A DNA stretch of 64,000 nucleotides from assembly GCA_038087875.1 (NCBI GenBank), contig CM075988.1, positions 7,504,001 to 7,568,000 on the forward strand, given 5' to 3'. Below the pieces are notes generated by a model. It had not been told where the DNA came from. It saw only the letters and a program-made list of their open reading frames with translations, and did no database searches. Position numbers and translations under genes: made by a program. This document shows, piece after piece, positions 1 to 13,981 of this stretch. The stretch comes from Malacoraja senta. Its lineage: Eukaryota. Numbering within the stretch: position 1 is the stretch's first letter; each line of letters starts with the position of its first letter.

Positions 1-247
1 ATGATTAAAGTCTTGAATAGATTTTAAAGGAAGAGGAAAATTCCTGTATGCAAAACTCACTTAGTTGTGAAGGGCGAGCTGAAAGTTGTGATGTATGAAA
101 TAGAGTTGAAACAAAGTTTATACAGAGGGATGTAAGGATGGAGAAAGTCATTGATATAATAACGTTCCCTAATTCATTTCTTGTAAAATATCCAATTTGT
201 ATTATGGAAATAGGCATTGTAAGTGTGTTTTACTTCTTTGCATTGGG

Positions 248-992
248 CAATTTATTTATTTAATTCTTTATTTCGAACAGAATAAAAGAATAAAAAGCAA
301 GTGTGAAACAGCATACAAAAAACAAAACAAAAATATTTATAAAGTGTCATAAACAATATCTATGAATAAATGAAATCGTATGTGTCCGAAAAGGAGCAGG
401 AAGAAGCCAAAGCTTATTAATTCCCACCCCTTATTCAACTGCTTATAATTATCTTATACAAATTTAGCAGCTATATGTACACCATATGTACACCAGCAGC
501 TATGTACACCAAATTATTTACATTTATACACTAATCAAATATTTACAAAGCCATACAAAAAAAGAGAGAAAAAAAGAAAAAAGAAAAAAGAAAAGAAAAA
601 ACCCTCATATATTATACAGTATCTCTTAGTCATATATACAACCCATCACCCTATAATCACACTTCCCAATACAATCAGTATAACAAATATCCCACTCACA
701 ATCACCTATCCTCATCCCAATATCCTTTAAAAAAAGTGTACAAAACATCTTTTTAAACTGAATTATGTTTGTGCTAAGTTGTATCTCCTGTTCCAGACCA
801 TTCCACAAATTCAACTCACAGATTGCTATGCACATACTTTTAAGAGTTGTTCTGGCATTGAGTTTTTTAAATTAAGTTCCCCTCTCAAATTATACCCACC
901 CTGTCTTTCCATAAACAGTTTTTGTATATTTCCTGGAAGTAAATTATTTCTTGCTTTGTACATGATTTGTGCAGTCTTAAATTTAACCAGAG
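248..992 (-). mobile_element. Crack/L2-like LINE 3' fragment (ORF2 C-terminus, 3'UTR, (TAAA)n tail)
   Basis: Minus strand reads ...IMYKARNNLLPGNIQKLF...YNLR...LWNGLEQEIQLSTNIIQFKK, a typical L2/Crack ORF2 end. 3'UTR ends TGTTCGAAATAAA..TAAATAAA. A similar tail occurs at ~48400-48752. Confidence 0.7.
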
Positions 993-1550
993 CAATGAAT
1001 CAAAATATTAAAGAAAGCGGGTTTTGAAGAACAATGCTTGGTTGAAGTCTGTAGAAGGTGGAGAACGCAAAGCCTGCCTGCAGAATGTTGGGAATGTCCC
1101 ATTAATCTGCCCAATATTATTCTTGTTATCCCACTCTGCAACTATTGATGGATCAAGTTGAAGCTGGACTTGTTAAACTAACTTCCCTTGTCGCCCAGTT
1201 TCAAAGTGGCACTACTAAGGATTACAGTAATATCTTTGTGTTCTATTGACTGGACTTCCCAAGATCTATGAGGACTAACAAAGGTTATGTTCTTCTAGGC
1301 ATATAGAGAAAGAACATTTTGATCTGTGCAACAAGGTTGAAGTGATGGAAATTGCATGTTTGTTATTAGAAGTAATGATGGGAGTATTCTAAGGTGTAAG
1401 GTAATTTATTCTGATATGCTTTCTGCTGATGCTTTATTTTTCCAAGAAATAAATTGAAATGAATATCTTCCTATTAAGAAAATAACAAAATTTTGCATCA
1501 CTCAAATACTCATTTTGCAAACTCAAAATGAGACAAACCATCAACCACTT

Positions 1551-1808
1551 TAGTTTAGTTTAAAGATACAGAGTGGAAACAGGCGGTTCAGTCCACTGAG
1601 TCCGCACCGACCAGCAATCACTCCGTACAATAACACTATCCTACACACATCAGTGACAATTTACAATATTTACCAATTAACCTACAAACCAAACCTACAC
1701 GGGTCACGGGGAGAACGTACAAACTCCTTACAGACAGCACTCCTTGTCAGGATGAACCAGGTTCTCTGGCACTATAAGACAGCTTTTTTCATCTGCATCA
1801 CCATGCCG
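1551..1808 (-). mobile_element. tRNA-derived SINE (HE1/V-SINE-like)
   Basis: Matches the SINE repeated many times in this window: degraded tRNA-like head, GTTTGTACGTTCTCCCCGTGACC core, CR1-like tail ending (TAAAC)n. Confidence 0.8.
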
Positions 1809-2446
1809 ACCTTGTTACATTGGATCCTGACTGTGAAGGTTTTCCTACTGTCCTTACGATGGTGCTGAATGTTGCATTTAAAGGCCTGCAACATCATGGT
1901 TTAACTGTAAAATAGCACTTCTGACAACGGAGCAGTCCATCAGTACTATATGAATCGTTTTGACCTTGGGGTGTTACATCTCAGTAGCATTTGATGGGTG
2001 AAGAGAACCACATATAATCCTGAACACATGGGCCTGTAAGTTTATCTGCATCATTATTTTGTTTTAATAACAGGTGCCAATTTAAAAAATGAATAGAAAA
2101 TTAATTGATTTTTTGTTGGGTCAGTCTTAAAACAGTTAACAGACTCTCCTTGCAATTCTACTCTGGGAATAGCAGGTGTTAGGGGTCAGGTTTCCATCAA
2201 CATTAATAACATATTTCCTTGTTGCTCTAACCTTAAGGAGTAAATCTTGAAGGATCACACAACAATATCATTCAAGCTCTTTCAGCCACTGGGGAATGTT
2301 GTTAAGGAGTGAGTGCATACTGAAACAATGGCGCAAAGAGGGCACTCATAGTCCTTTCCAGTGCTTCTGCGGTACATGCATGATGCAACCTCTTGCAAAT
2401 GTACTTCTGGCTGTAAATTGGCAAGGAAGTGTTTCTAAGAGCATGA

Positions 2447-2620
2447 CAAATACATGGATAGGAAAAGTTTAGGATAAGGATCAAACGCAGGCAGGTTTGA
2501 CTAGCGCAAATACATGGATAGGAAAAGTTTAGGATAAGGACCAAACATAAGCAGGTGGGACTAGCGTAGATGCGGCATCTTAATTGTCATGGCAAGATGG
2601 GCCATAGACTATGACTCTGT
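2447..2620 (+). repeat. CR1 3' fragment with a local ~60-bp tandem duplication
   Basis: CAAATACATGGATAGGAAAAGTTTAGGATAAGGA occurs at 2447 and 2507. The sequence matches the CR1 tails elsewhere in the window. Confidence 0.7.
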
Positions 2621-2678
2621 GAACGCCCTTTGTGCATACCTGCATCTTTGAAGACCTGCAGTGCAGTCAAATGCTCCA

Positions 2679-5063
2679 GGAAATAGAAGAAACAATAAAC
2701 ACTCTAAAGAATGGAAAAACACCAGGACCAGATGGATTTTGTAATGAATTTTATAAAAGATTTTATGAGATAATTACACCACGTTTACATAAAATGTATA
2801 CATATGCTTTCAAAGAACAAACATTACCAGAAACACTAGCGGAATCAACGATTACACTTATACCTAAAAAAGATAAAGATCTAGAAGACCCTGGCTCATA
2901 CAGAGCCATTGCGCTGTTAAATACAGATCAAAAAATATTAGCAAAAACATTGGCTAGAAGATTAAGTAAATATGTTAGTAAATTAATAAATGCGGATCAA
3001 ACAGGGTTTATACCCTAGAGATACTCATGCAATAATCTGAGACGTCTGTTTCACATAATGCATTCATATAAAACTGAAGAACAAGACATCAATTATTTCA
3101 TTGGACGCAGAAAAAGCATTCGATCAAGTGGAATGGGATTACCTCGTTAAAGTATTGCAAAAATTTCAAATGGGAGAGAATTTTATCTCATGGGTAAAAC
3201 TATTATATGACAGGCCCACTGCTAGAATATTAACTAATAACATGTTGTCCCCGAAATTTCAATTATCCAGGGGCAATAGACAGGGATGCTCACTATCACC
3301 TCTGCTATTTGCTCTTGTAATAGAGCCTCTAGCTGAAAGCATTAGAACACATCCGAATATCCATGGTTATAATACAAAATACTCAAATAATAAAATATCA
3401 TTATACGCAGATGATGTACTACTGTACATCACAAAATCACAAATCAGTATACCAAATATATTAAATCTAATAGAGGAATTGGATCCTTTTCAGAATATAG
3501 AATAAATTGGAATAAAAGTGAAATTATGACGATAAAACCTCGATTCAACACACCTGTTAAAATTCCCTTTTAAAATTGCTACAGAAAAATTTAAATATTT
3601 GGGAATTGAAATTACCAGAAAATATAAATCTTTATTTAATGCAAACTATATGCCACTACTTAATAAATTAAACGCCCTGATTAAATTTTGGAAAACACTT
3701 CCGATGTCTTTAATAGGCCGAATAAATGCTATAAAAATGATCTTTCTACCACAAATTTTATATCTATTCCAATCAATACCAATATACTTACCTAAATAGT
3801 TTAAAAAAAAACTGGATTCTGATATCACAAATTTTATTTGGGACTATAAATCCCATAGAATTCAAAGAAGACATTTGTGCAAACCTAAAGAATTTGGTGG
3901 ACTAACACTCCCTAATTTTTTGTATTATTATTGGGCAGCAAATGTCAAAAATGTGATTCACCTGTTGGGCAACTCTGCCCAATGAGTGGATTGGATAGTA
4001 ATGGAGAGAGAGGATTGCTCCCCTTTTAATATAGGAGCGATCCTTCTCTCACCAATAAAACTGAATAATACAATATACAGTAAAAATCCAATTATTCATA
4101 GTACGATTAGAATTTGGTAACAAATAAAATTAACCCTAAAATTAAGAAACCTATCGCTTCTCTCTTCCATAGTTAATAATCCGTCGTTTAAACCATCTAT
4201 TATAGATCAATCATTTACACACTGGGAAAGAATAGGAATTAAAACGTTTGGAGACATGTATGAAAATGGAATTTTTTTATCATTCCAACAACTACAACTT
4301 AAATACAATCTTGGAAGTAACCAATATTTTAAATATTTTCAAATCCGTGATTATTTGAAAAAATATACACAAGAATATCAAAATCTGTCTCCAGACCTAT
4401 TAGATGAAGCAATGAATATAAAGGCGGACTCAACTAATTTAATATCATACTTGTATAATATCATCCTAAATATAGAAATACCATCGTCCGATGGAATTAG
4501 AAGAGATTGGGAACAAGAACTAGCTATAAAAATCTCGAAAGAGAGTTGGGATAAACACTTGCTATATGTGCACAATTGCTCGATCAATGTAAGACATATT
4601 CTAATCCAATTCAAAACCTTACATAGACTATATTACTCAAAAACTAAAATAAGTAATTTTTTTCCAAATGTGTCCCCCATCTGTGATAAATGTCTATCCC
4701 AAGAAGCAACTATAGCACATACCTTTGTTTTTTGTATAAAAATCCAAAAATATTGGAATGAAATCTTTGAAAGTTTTACAAAATTATTATTTAAAATAAA
4801 ACTGAAACCGAACGCAGAATTGATTATTTTTGGAACAATGGAAGCCAGCTTTGAGCTGACTTCGTTCCAAAAGAGTTTCCTTAATTACGGCAAAAAATCT
4901 TATACTTAAATTCTGGAAAAACGCTCCCACACCAACGATAAAAATGTGGATTTCAAATATGTCCGAAATGTTACACCTCGAAGACATGAGATTCCTCCTA
5001 GCAGGCAAATCAGACCATTTCCAAAAGATTTGGTCTCCATTTATCGACTTATTACAAGCATAG
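2679..5063 (+). pseudogene. L1 ORF2 (RT and C-terminal Cys knuckle), disrupted by stops and frameshifts
   Basis: KTPGPDGF, DAEKAFD, RQGCSLSPLLF, SLYADD (YADD 3404-3415), CDKC..HTFVFC. Split across several ORF-track entries. Confidence 0.93.
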
Positions 5064-5419
5064 GGTGCAACATAACATGAAATAAATGGTTTCAGGACCT
5101 GGTGAGGGGTGTGTAAAGATACGAAGTAGGTACATCCCTTTTATCTTATTTTACTTTCTTATATCTTCTGTTTTCTATTTTTCTCTTTTTTTTCCTTTGG
5201 TTTTCTTTTTAACTCATTCTCGTGTTTTACGTTTCTACGGGTTTCTTCTGATCACTCTTTCACGCACTTACTATACTATCTTATCTAACTCTCTCTATTC
5301 TTCTCCTTTTTAAAGTTTAAAATAAGAAGTGGTACAGGAAATGTATTATGTTATTTTTGGCTTATATCACTGTAATGTACATTACTTCTAATAAATAAAA
5401 TAATTAAAAAAAAAAAAAA
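2679..5419 (+). mobile_element. L1-clade LINE, 5'-truncated, with poly(A) tail and 10-bp TSD
   Basis: TSD AAATGCTCCA at 2669-2678 and 5420-5429. AATAAA is followed by a poly(A) run at ~5406-5422. T-rich 3'UTR. Confidence 0.95.
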
Positions 5420-5475
5420 AAATGCTCCATCCAGCTTTGAATAGAAAATAGCCATTGACCAGAAATCAACAGCTC

Positions 5476-6830
5476 AAATTCAAGTTCAAGTGAGTTTATT
5501 GTCATGTGTCCCTGATAGGACAATGACATTCTTGCATTCCTTCAGCACAACAGAATATAGTAGGCATTGACTACAAGGCATTCTATAAATATATACACAC
5601 ATGAATCAATATACTGATGAAGTGCAAATAACATTATTGGCTAGTAAAGTTCAGTGTTATGTCCGAGCCAGGTTTAATAGCCTGATGGCTGTGGGGAAGT
5701 AGCTATTCCTGAACCTGGTCGTTGCAGTCTTCAGGCTCCTGTACCTTCTGCCTGAAGGTAGTAGGGAGATGAGTGTGTGGCCAGGATGGTGTGGGTCCTT
5801 GATGATACTGCCAGCCTTTTTGAGACAGCGACTGTGATAGATCCCCTCGATGGAAGGGAGGTCAGAGCCGATGCTGCACTGGGCAGTGTTTACTACTTTT
5901 TGTAGTCTTTTCCTCTCCAGGGCGCTCAAGTTGCCGAACCAAGCCACGATGCAACCGGTCAGCATGCTCTCTACTGTGCACCTGTAGAAGTTAGAGAGAG
6001 TCCTCCTTGACAAACCGACTCTCCGTAATCTTCTCAGGAAGTAGAGGCGCTGATGTGCTTTCTTAATAATGGCATCAGTGTTCTCGGACCAGGAAAGATC
6101 TTCAGAGATGTGCACGCCCAGGAATTTGAAGCTCTTGACCCTTTCAACCATCGACCCGTTGATATAAACGGGACTGTGGGTCCCCATCCTACTCCTTCCA
6201 AAGTCCACAATCAGTTCCTTGGTTTTGCTGGTGTTGAGGGCCAGGTTATTGTGCTGGCACCATATGGACAGTCGCTCGATCTCTCTTCTATACTCTGACT
6301 CATCCCCATCAGTGATACGTCCCACAACAGTGGTGTCGTCAGCGAACTTGATGATGGAGTTCGCACTATGTCCGGCTATGCAGTCATGAGTATAGAGTGA
6401 GTACAGCAGGGGGCTGAGCACGCAGCCTTGAGGTGCTCCCGTGCTGATTGTTATCGAGTCTGACACATTTCCACCAATATGAACAGACTGTGGTCTGTGA
6501 GTGAGGAAGTCGAGGATCCAATTGCAGAGGGATGCGCAGAGACCCAGTTCTGCGAGTTTGGTAACCAGCTTGGAGGGGATGATTGTATTAAATGCCGAGC
6601 TGAAATCGATGAATAACAGCCTGACATATGAGTTTTTGTTGTCCAAGTGGTCCAGAGCGGAGTGGAGGGCCAGCAAGATCGCATCCACCGTTGATCTGTT
6701 GTGGCGGTAAGCGAACTGCAGTGGGTCCAGGTTTTTGTCGAGGTAGGAGTTGATCTGCATCATGATCAACCTCTCAAAGCACTTCATCACCACGGGCGTT
6801 AGTGCCACAGGTCGATGGTCATTGAGGCAC
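5476..6830 (-). mobile_element. Rex1/Babar LINE, 5'-truncated
   Basis: RT ORF plus a 3'UTR ending GACAATAAACTCA(CTTGAA)n on the minus strand. Confidence 0.9.
5657..6808 (-). CDS. Rex1/Babar reverse transcriptase, uninterrupted 383-codon fragment lacking its natural start
   Basis: [56 protein letters not shown]; no internal stops. Confidence 0.9.
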   Translation of the reverse strand: MALTPVVMKCFERLIMMQINSYLDKNLDPLQFAYRHNRSTVDAILLALHSALDHLDNKNSYVRLLFIDFSSAFNTIIPSKLVTKLAELGLCASLCNWILDFLTHRPQSVHIGGNVSDSITISTGAPQGCVLSPLLYSLYTHDCIAGHSANSIIKFADDTTVVGRITDGDESEYRREIERLSIWCQHNNLALNTSKTKELIVDFGRSRMGTHSPVYINGSMVERVKSFKFLGVHISEDLSWSENTDAIIKKAHQRLYFLRRLRRVGLSRRTLSNFYRCTVESMLTGCIVAWFGNLSALERKRLQKVVNTAQCSIGSDLPSIEGIYHSRCLKKAGSIIKDPHHPGHTLISLLPSGRRYRSLKTATTRFRNSYFPTAIRLLNLART

Positions 6831-7152
6831 TAACTGCTAAGAACTCCCTACTGAACTCCCTACTGCTAAGAATGTTTGAGCTTCTGCTATTCGTCCGTGA
6901 GCTGCAGTGTTCCAAGTTGCATGCATCGGGAAAGATCCTGCAAGTAGGGTCTTTGATTCTGAGGGTGAGGTGGTCTTTGACTTTGAGCATGCAGGCATTT
7001 GAGTTCGTAGAGGTGTTTTGTAGTTACAGAAGTGAGTGAGTGGGGGTGGGTTGGGATATAATTGCTTCTTCTGTAAGTGCTGGATCCGTGTGGAGCCTGG
7101 CTGGGGATAGGTTTATATTGTATCGCCTCTTTTGAAATGTACCTTTCCATTG

Positions 7153-7272
7153 TCTGAAGAGTCTGAAGAAGGGTCTCGACCCGAAACGTCACCCATTCCT
7201 TCTCTCCAGAGATGCTGCCTGTCCCGCTGAGTTACTCCAGCATGTTGTGTCTATCTTCCTTTCTGTTACATC
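7153..7272 (+). mobile_element. Penelope terminal-repeat unit with minimal hammerhead-like core
   Basis: CTGAAGA(7163)-A-GGGTC.TC.GACCC-GAAA-C-GTC(7190). Same repeat as the 3' end of the Penelope element at 29021-29153. Confidence 0.8.
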
Positions 7273-7599
7273 TTTTCTGATCTGATGGAGTGAGAGACAT
7301 TACTCTTTTGCAGGATTTCTTCTGGAATTTTGAGGAGGGAGCTTGCTGATGCCACCTGGGAGTGTGGTGATTGGGATCCCAGTTTGGTTCGACAACTTGA
7401 AGGGTATTTTGGCAGAGAAATGAGCAGCACTGGCTATGACTGGAGGAATAAAATTGTCTTAACCTTTAAGTAATGCTGAAAGCTCACACTAAATCATTAT
7501 TAAAAGTCAGTTCTTTCGGGAGTGAACAAACGGCCGTTGTTATTGGGACCAATGTGGTGCAAAATGCTGCCAGAAATGAATTTGGGGCATTACAGGGTT

Positions 7600-8015
7600 A
7601 TTTCATAAGGTCATAAGTGATAGGCGTATCAAGTTTACTTCGCCATTCAATCAAGGCTGATCTCTCTCTCCCTCCTAACCCCATTCTCCTGCCTTCTCCC
7701 CATAACCTCTGACACCCGTACTAATCAAGAAACTATCTATCTCTGCCTTAAATATATCCACTGACTTTGCCTCCACTACTTTCTGTGGCAATGAATTCCA
7801 CAGATTCACCATCCTCTGACTAAAAAAAATCCTCCTCATCTCCTTCCTAAAATAATGCCCTTCAATTCTGAGGCTGTGACCTCAAGTCCGAGACTCTCCC
7901 CACGAGTGAAAACATCCTCTCCACATCCAGTCCATCCAAGCTTTTCACCATTCTATACGTTCCACCTCATTCTTCTAAATTCCAGCAAATATAGGCCCAG
8001 TGCCGTCCAATGCCG
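7600..8015 (-). mobile_element. CR1 LINE 3' fragment
   Basis: Reverse complement of the CR1 ORF2 end and 3'UTR seen at 36500-36920. Confidence 0.85.
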
Positions 8016-9039
8016 TTATTTATGTCACTTGAGTGATCTGGAAGCCAGAAACCAAAAGAAACGTGCTTGGACTCATTGATTCCTTGAACTGCGAAGTCCA
8101 GAATATTTATACAGAGAGTCCAGTTCAAATCCTGCCGCAAAGTGGAATTTGAAATGAAAATATTACTGATTTTTTCAAAATTTAATTTAATGGTAACCAT
8201 GAACATATTGCATTTTGTTTTGTAAAAGCCTGCCTGGTTCAGTAATGTGCTTTGGCGAAGGACGTCTGGTATCTTTACCTAACCTGGCATCTGCGTGACT
8301 CCAGATACACAGATGCATTTAATGCAGAGTTGCGGCCTGAAATGGCTGCACAGATGGGGGCAGTGCAGAGGCTGTCAGTTATGAATGGATAATAAACATT
8401 GCCCTTGCCAGTCCTGCCCACATCCCATGAAAACAGTCAATGTAAATAAAATGCCAAATTCTTTAAAAAATATTTAAAAGCAAAAAAGTGTTATGAACGA
8501 GGGTCTGAGCTATAGGGTAGGCTGGGACTATTCCTTGGAGCGCAGGAGGATGAGCGGTGATCTTATAGAGGTGTATAAAATTATGAGAAGAATAGCTCGG
8601 GTAGATCCACAGTCTCTTGCCCAAGTAGGTAAATCATGAACCAGATGACTTAGATTTAATGTGAAGGGGAAATGATTTAATAGGAATCTAAGGGGTCATG
8701 TTTTCAGAGGGATATTGGCCAAGCGCTGGTAGATGGGACTAGTATAGCTGGGACATGTTGAAGGGTGTGGGCAAGTTGGGCCGAACTGCCTGTTTCCACA
8801 CTGTATGACTCTGACTCACAAACTCAGTAAGCCATTCAAGAGAGAAGTTGGGAAATACTCCTTTCAAAGCCTGGTAGAAGTGTTTGAGTTTGCACACCAA
8901 CACTAGATTATCGGAATCTTAATTTGCCATTCGAGAGGATAAGAGGATTCCGAGCCAGTGTTGTTATTGGATTGAGCGCTCGTTCTGCCTGCCTTGCGCT
9001 GCCTTTAAGGATTTAAACTGATGTCTTAGAGAATGACAT

Positions 9040-9200
9040 TTTCTAATGAAACTGAAACCTAGTGACCTGGCATGTCTTTTTGAAATGTCAAATCTCTATC
9101 TCTCTGTTCAGGTAAAACTAATGACCCTCGTGGCATGATAGGAGGGGGACCAGTGAGTTCTCCTTGTGTGCCAGGACACTTTACAACTGTAACTGATCGA
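9040..9200 (+). mobile_element. Degenerate DeuSINE-like relic
   Basis: TTCAGGTAAAACTAATGACCCTCGTGGCA..GAGTTCTCC..GTGTGCCAGG resembles the Deu-domain core as recalled; not aligned to a consensus. Confidence 0.4.
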
Positions 9201-10448
9201 ATATTGAGAAAAGAGGCAAGTTCTCAATTTGGATTTTGGCTGCTTTCTTGGTGGCATTCATAGAGAGTGTGGCGTTTGACTTCATTCTGTCCCTTCAGAG
9301 TAGGTTGACTCAATTTTCCAACTTTGTAACATGGTCTCCAATTTAGTTTATTTATTGTCACATGTACCGAGGTACAGTCATGGGGAATAGGAGTAGAATT
9401 AGGCTATTTGGCCCATCAAGTCTACTCCACCATTCATTCATGGCTGATCTATCTCTCTCTCCTAACCTCATTCTCCTGCCTTCTCTACATAGCCTCTGAC
9501 ACCTGCACTAATCAAAATTTTATCTATCTCTGCCTTAAAAATATCCATTGACTTGGCCTCTACAGCCTTCTGTGGCTGTAGCAGTGAAAATCATTTTTGT
9601 GGCATGCTATCCAGAAAGACTATACATGATTACCGTCAAGCCATGCACAGTTTACAGATACAGGATAAAAGGAATAATGTTCCGTGCACGATAAATTCCA
9701 ATAAAGTCCGATTAAATAATAGTCCGAGGGTCTCCAATGAGGTAGATGGTAGCTCAGGACTGCACTCCTCTGGTGAAACGTACTGGACAAATGGAGTCAT
9801 CTTATTTTCCAAAGCTATCCATCCAGTCATGGTTCAATGTGTATATTAGTCACCCCTTCAGCTCACCGAGTGAGGCAACTCCCAGGAGACAAAATGCCCA
9901 CCACTGCTTATTGCATTGACTCTGCCACCTAGATTGGATCACAAATGTATGTCGGGAATCCTGGGGATGAAACCGACTCGGTAACCGTCAATAAAAATCC
10001 ACTTATTAGTCAATAAAAAAGCTTAAAAGAGACAGAAAGTGCTCTCTATGCTTCCCAACAGTGGTCCCTCATTAGAACGAGAAAACGTTTAACTATTGAC
10101 AAAAGGAGGGATGAACGAAAGGAACAATAATGATCTGTGATAGGATTGACTGCAAGAAGAAAATAAAAAGGATGGTATTGCATCGCCAAAGGAGCCATTA
10201 ATGGAACAAGAAGCGGATGCATCTGGAGAAGTGTCAGCAAGAGTAGCAGATTCATAATGTGAGCCTAGAGTCAGAGGTGAGGTTGTGTTTCTCAAGCTTG
10301 GGTTTCCCAGGAGAAGTGTAGCAAGTGTAGGAAACAGTGCCCTAACAGGGGAATAGGGAACGGCTGGACAATTAATGACAAGTGACTGGAAGGTTAAAGG
10401 CAGAATCACATTGGGGCTGAATGGAGGTGTTCTGCAAAGCTGTCGCCC

Positions 10449-10580
10449 AGTCTGAAGAAGGGTCTCGACCCGTAACGTCACCCGTTCCTTCTCTCCAGAG
10501 GTATTGCCTGTCCCGCTGAGTTACTCCCATATTTGGGTCTATCTTTGGTTTAAACCAGCATCTGCAGTTCCATCCTACAT
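10449..10580 (+). mobile_element. Penelope hammerhead unit with TSD
   Basis: GCCCAGTCTG duplicated at 10445-10454 and 10581-10590. The core GAAA is mutated to GTAA. Confidence 0.8.
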
Positions 10581-10775
10581 GCCCAGTCTGTTTGGTTTCC
10601 TCAGTGTACTAATTGGAAAAAAACATGGGCAGATTGTTTGACTTAGAATGGATTTGGGATCCTGGGTGATGGGAAGAAGGTTAAAGGGTAGGTATGTTCC
10701 TTTATCCCAGCACTACATCAGGGCAAATCAATTGTGTGTCATGACATCACGTGATTCCATTTTAGGCTTTAAAAT

Positions 10776-11064
10776 TTAGAGATACAGAGTGCAAAGAGGT
10801 CCTTCAGCCCATGGAGACTGCGCCGACCAGTGATCACCCCCGTACACTAGCACTATCCTACACACTAGGGACAATTTTTACCGAAGCCAATTAACCAACA
10901 AACCTGCTTGCCTTGGAGTGTGGGAGGAAACTGGAGCACCTGGTGAAACCCCACGTGGTCACAGGGAGAACGTACAAACTCCATACTAACAGCACCCATC
11001 GGATCAAACCTGGAACTCTGGCGCTGTAAGGCAGCAACTCTACTGCTGTGCCACCATGCCACCC
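10776..11064 (-). mobile_element. tRNA-derived SINE (HE1/V-SINE-like)
   Basis: Full-length copy of the window's SINE consensus. Confidence 0.85.
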
Positions 11065-11599
11065 GATTTTGTCTTGTGTAAGTTATTATTGGTGCCTAGT
11101 TTAAGGTATTGCACCCCTCATCCTTGCCTTTGCAAATCCAGACTTGCTTGTTCCAATGCCTGGACTAGCTATCCATTTACCCAAAACTTTAGCCAAAACT
11201 TCTGCCAATATCCTAATTTACCCTGACCTATTTGCTAAGCGCTTTTGTGATCAATATTAAATTTCAGACTAGGTGGCTCAAATTCAAATGTAACTCCACA
11301 ATATTAACATCCCTGCCCAGTCTCTCTCTCTCCCTGATAATGTGGTCTATTAATCCTCTTTCTGTCTTTCTTCCCACCACCAAAGTTTAATGGACAAATG
11401 TTTTTTACTCCGAGGTTGGTGCGTGCTTGGAACGCGCTGCAGAGATGGTGATGGAGGCAGGTACGATAGCGGCGTTAAAGAGGCTTTTAGTTAGGCACAT
11501 GGACATGGAGGGGTTTGGATCTCATACAGGCAGATGAGATTGGTTTATCTTGGCATCATGTTCAGCACAGACATGGTGGAGCGAATGGCCTGTTCTTTT

Positions 11600-11905
11600 A
11601 GACTAGACGTTAGAGATACTGAGCGGAAACAGGCCCTTCGGCACACCGAGTCTGCGCCAACCAGAGATTACTCCGTACACTAATCTACGCATACCTGGGA
11701 CAATTTTACAATTTAGCGAAGCCAATTAACCTACAAACCTGCACGCTCTTGGAGTGTGGGGAGAAACTGGAGCACCCGGAGAAAACCCATGAGGTCACAG
11801 GGAGAATGTACAAACTTCGTACTGACAGCCCCCGTAGTCAGGATCGAACCTGGATCTGTGACGCTGTAAGGAAGAAACTCTACCATTGGGTCACTGTGCC
11901 TCCCT
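11600..11905 (-). mobile_element. tRNA-derived SINE inserted in a CR1 tail
   Basis: B-box GGTTCGATCC on the minus strand. CCTGTTC occurs on both flanks. Confidence 0.85.
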
Positions 11906-12230
11906 GTTCCTGTACTATGTTTTTCTATGTTCTGTTCTCAACCCTGGCAGCTTTGGAAGCCTCCATCAACACTGCTAAATCCCACCCCCTTACAGAAACT
12001 GCTCCTAATACATCACAGTTGTCCTCCTCTTGTTCTTGGAAAATGAAATGCCAGTTGAGAGCAGAATCGTTGAGAAGTGCTGGCAGCCCGATGTCGTATT
12101 TTTAGTTACTGCTATCATTAACAAGGTCTGTAGTAACAATATCTGTGAGAGTGTATGCGGAGACATGGCAGTGTGTTTGCAGTGGGCCTTTCTCGGTATG
12201 TAGATCATTTTGAACCTTGAGCTCCACATG

Positions 12231-12520
12231 ATGGCGGCACAGCAGTAGAGTCGCTGCCTTACAGCACCAGAGACCCCGGTTTGATCCTGTCATTGGGGCG
12301 CTGTCTGTTTGGTGTTTGTACATTCTCCCCGCGACCGCATGGGTTTTCCCCGAGTGCTCCGGTTTCCTCCCACACTCCAAAGACATTGTAGGTCAATTTG
12401 GCTTTGGTAAAAGTTGTAAATTGTCCCTGGTGTGTTGGGATCCCAGTGTACAGGGCTCGCTGGTCGGCATGGACTCAGCGAGCCAAAGGGCCTGTTTCCG
12501 CGCTATATCTCTAAACTAAA
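12231..12520 (+). mobile_element. tRNA-derived SINE
   Basis: TGGCGGCACAGCAGTAGAG head, GGTTTGATCC B-box, TATCTCTAAACTAAAC tail. Confidence 0.85.
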
Positions 12521-13981
12521 CCTTGAGGGGAGAGCTGGAAATCAAACTCCTATGTTTCATACCTTATTGGAGATACAATTTCTTTCTAAAAACATTGTTG
12601 CTCTAAGTGAAATGTTAAGTTGCAATAATTATAATGCAGTCTAAAGTGAATGGGTGACCCTTTGCCATTTTGTTGCAAGAAAATCAATCTCTTTTTATAA
12701 GTGCCTCTCATAAGAAAGATAGGACAGCATAGTTTGTGAATGGGGGAAAAAGGAGAGGGTATTCACTTGGTCTATTTGGACAACTATCATTGAAATACCA
12801 GATGCTGGATGGCAGAACATGGTGGAAGAGCAGGAGAGATGCAGAGATCAGAGGGGGAGCAATGAGAGGATCTCACAGAAATCCCACCTGGGATGTCTGG
12901 CACTTGCAGATCCTTGTGACCCCATTGGAATAAGGAGTCAGGTTTATAAACTAGTCAAGAAGGCAAATGGATTGCTGGACTTTGTATTGGGAGAGTTGGA
13001 TTACAGCTTTATAAAGCTCTAAAGAAGCTTATAAATCAGAGCAGAATTAGGCCATTCGGCTCATCGTTTACTCCACCATTCAATCATAGCTGACTTATCT
13101 TTCCTTCTCAACCCCACTCTCCTGCTTTCTGCTCCTAACCTCTGACGCCTTAACTAATCAAAAACCTATCAATCACTTTAAAAATACGCATTGACTGGGC
13201 TTCCACTGCCATCTGTGGCAATGAATTCCACAGGTTCACTGCTCTCTGGCAAAAGAAAATTCACCGCATCACCATTCCTAAGGTACGCCCTTTTATTCTG
13301 AGGCTGTGCCCTCTGGTCTTAGACTCTCCCACGAGGGGGGTCATCCTCTCCACCTCCACTCTGTGCCTTTCACACCTGGTACGATAGAGGAGCAATGAAA
13401 GGCTCAAGTAGCACTTGTTAAATTGTGCCTCACCTTTCCAATTGAACAGTCTGCCAACTCCCCCCCAAAAATGACTCACTCAGACATAAATAACTTTATT
13501 TAGTAGCAGTAATTTCTTTCACTTCTAATAATCCTGTGGTATAAAAATAGCTGTTAATTCCCTTCTGTAGCCTCATGTCAAGTAATGAAGAAAATCCCGC
13601 TTACCTCTTTGAGGCAAATGGCAGTAATAATATTTGGAGCATTTGATTTTCCTGAAGCAATTTTAATCCTTATTAACAAATGCGTATTAATCAGGAAAGA
13701 GGAACACATTTCAAACCAACATCTGCAGTTCTTTCCAACACATTTCTAACATCATTAATCCTGGTCTGAAGTTTAGTTTGCAGGGAAACAAAATATAATC
13801 ATCTGTGAATTCTCTTAATTCATGCCCGATGGATATTTTTGCAAAATTGGATATCTAGGTGGGAGCCAATTGCAATGAGCACAATAAATAAATGAGTTTA
13901 TTCTGGAGTTTACCTTTTGAAAGCTACTCTGAATCTTCTTGGCAACTTCCCTATCGGGCAACTGAACCATCCTAGCAAATA

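Noticed and set aside
9112..9152. Apparent exon (AG...GTGAGT)
   Set aside because: It lies within a DeuSINE-like relic and gives no recognisable peptide.
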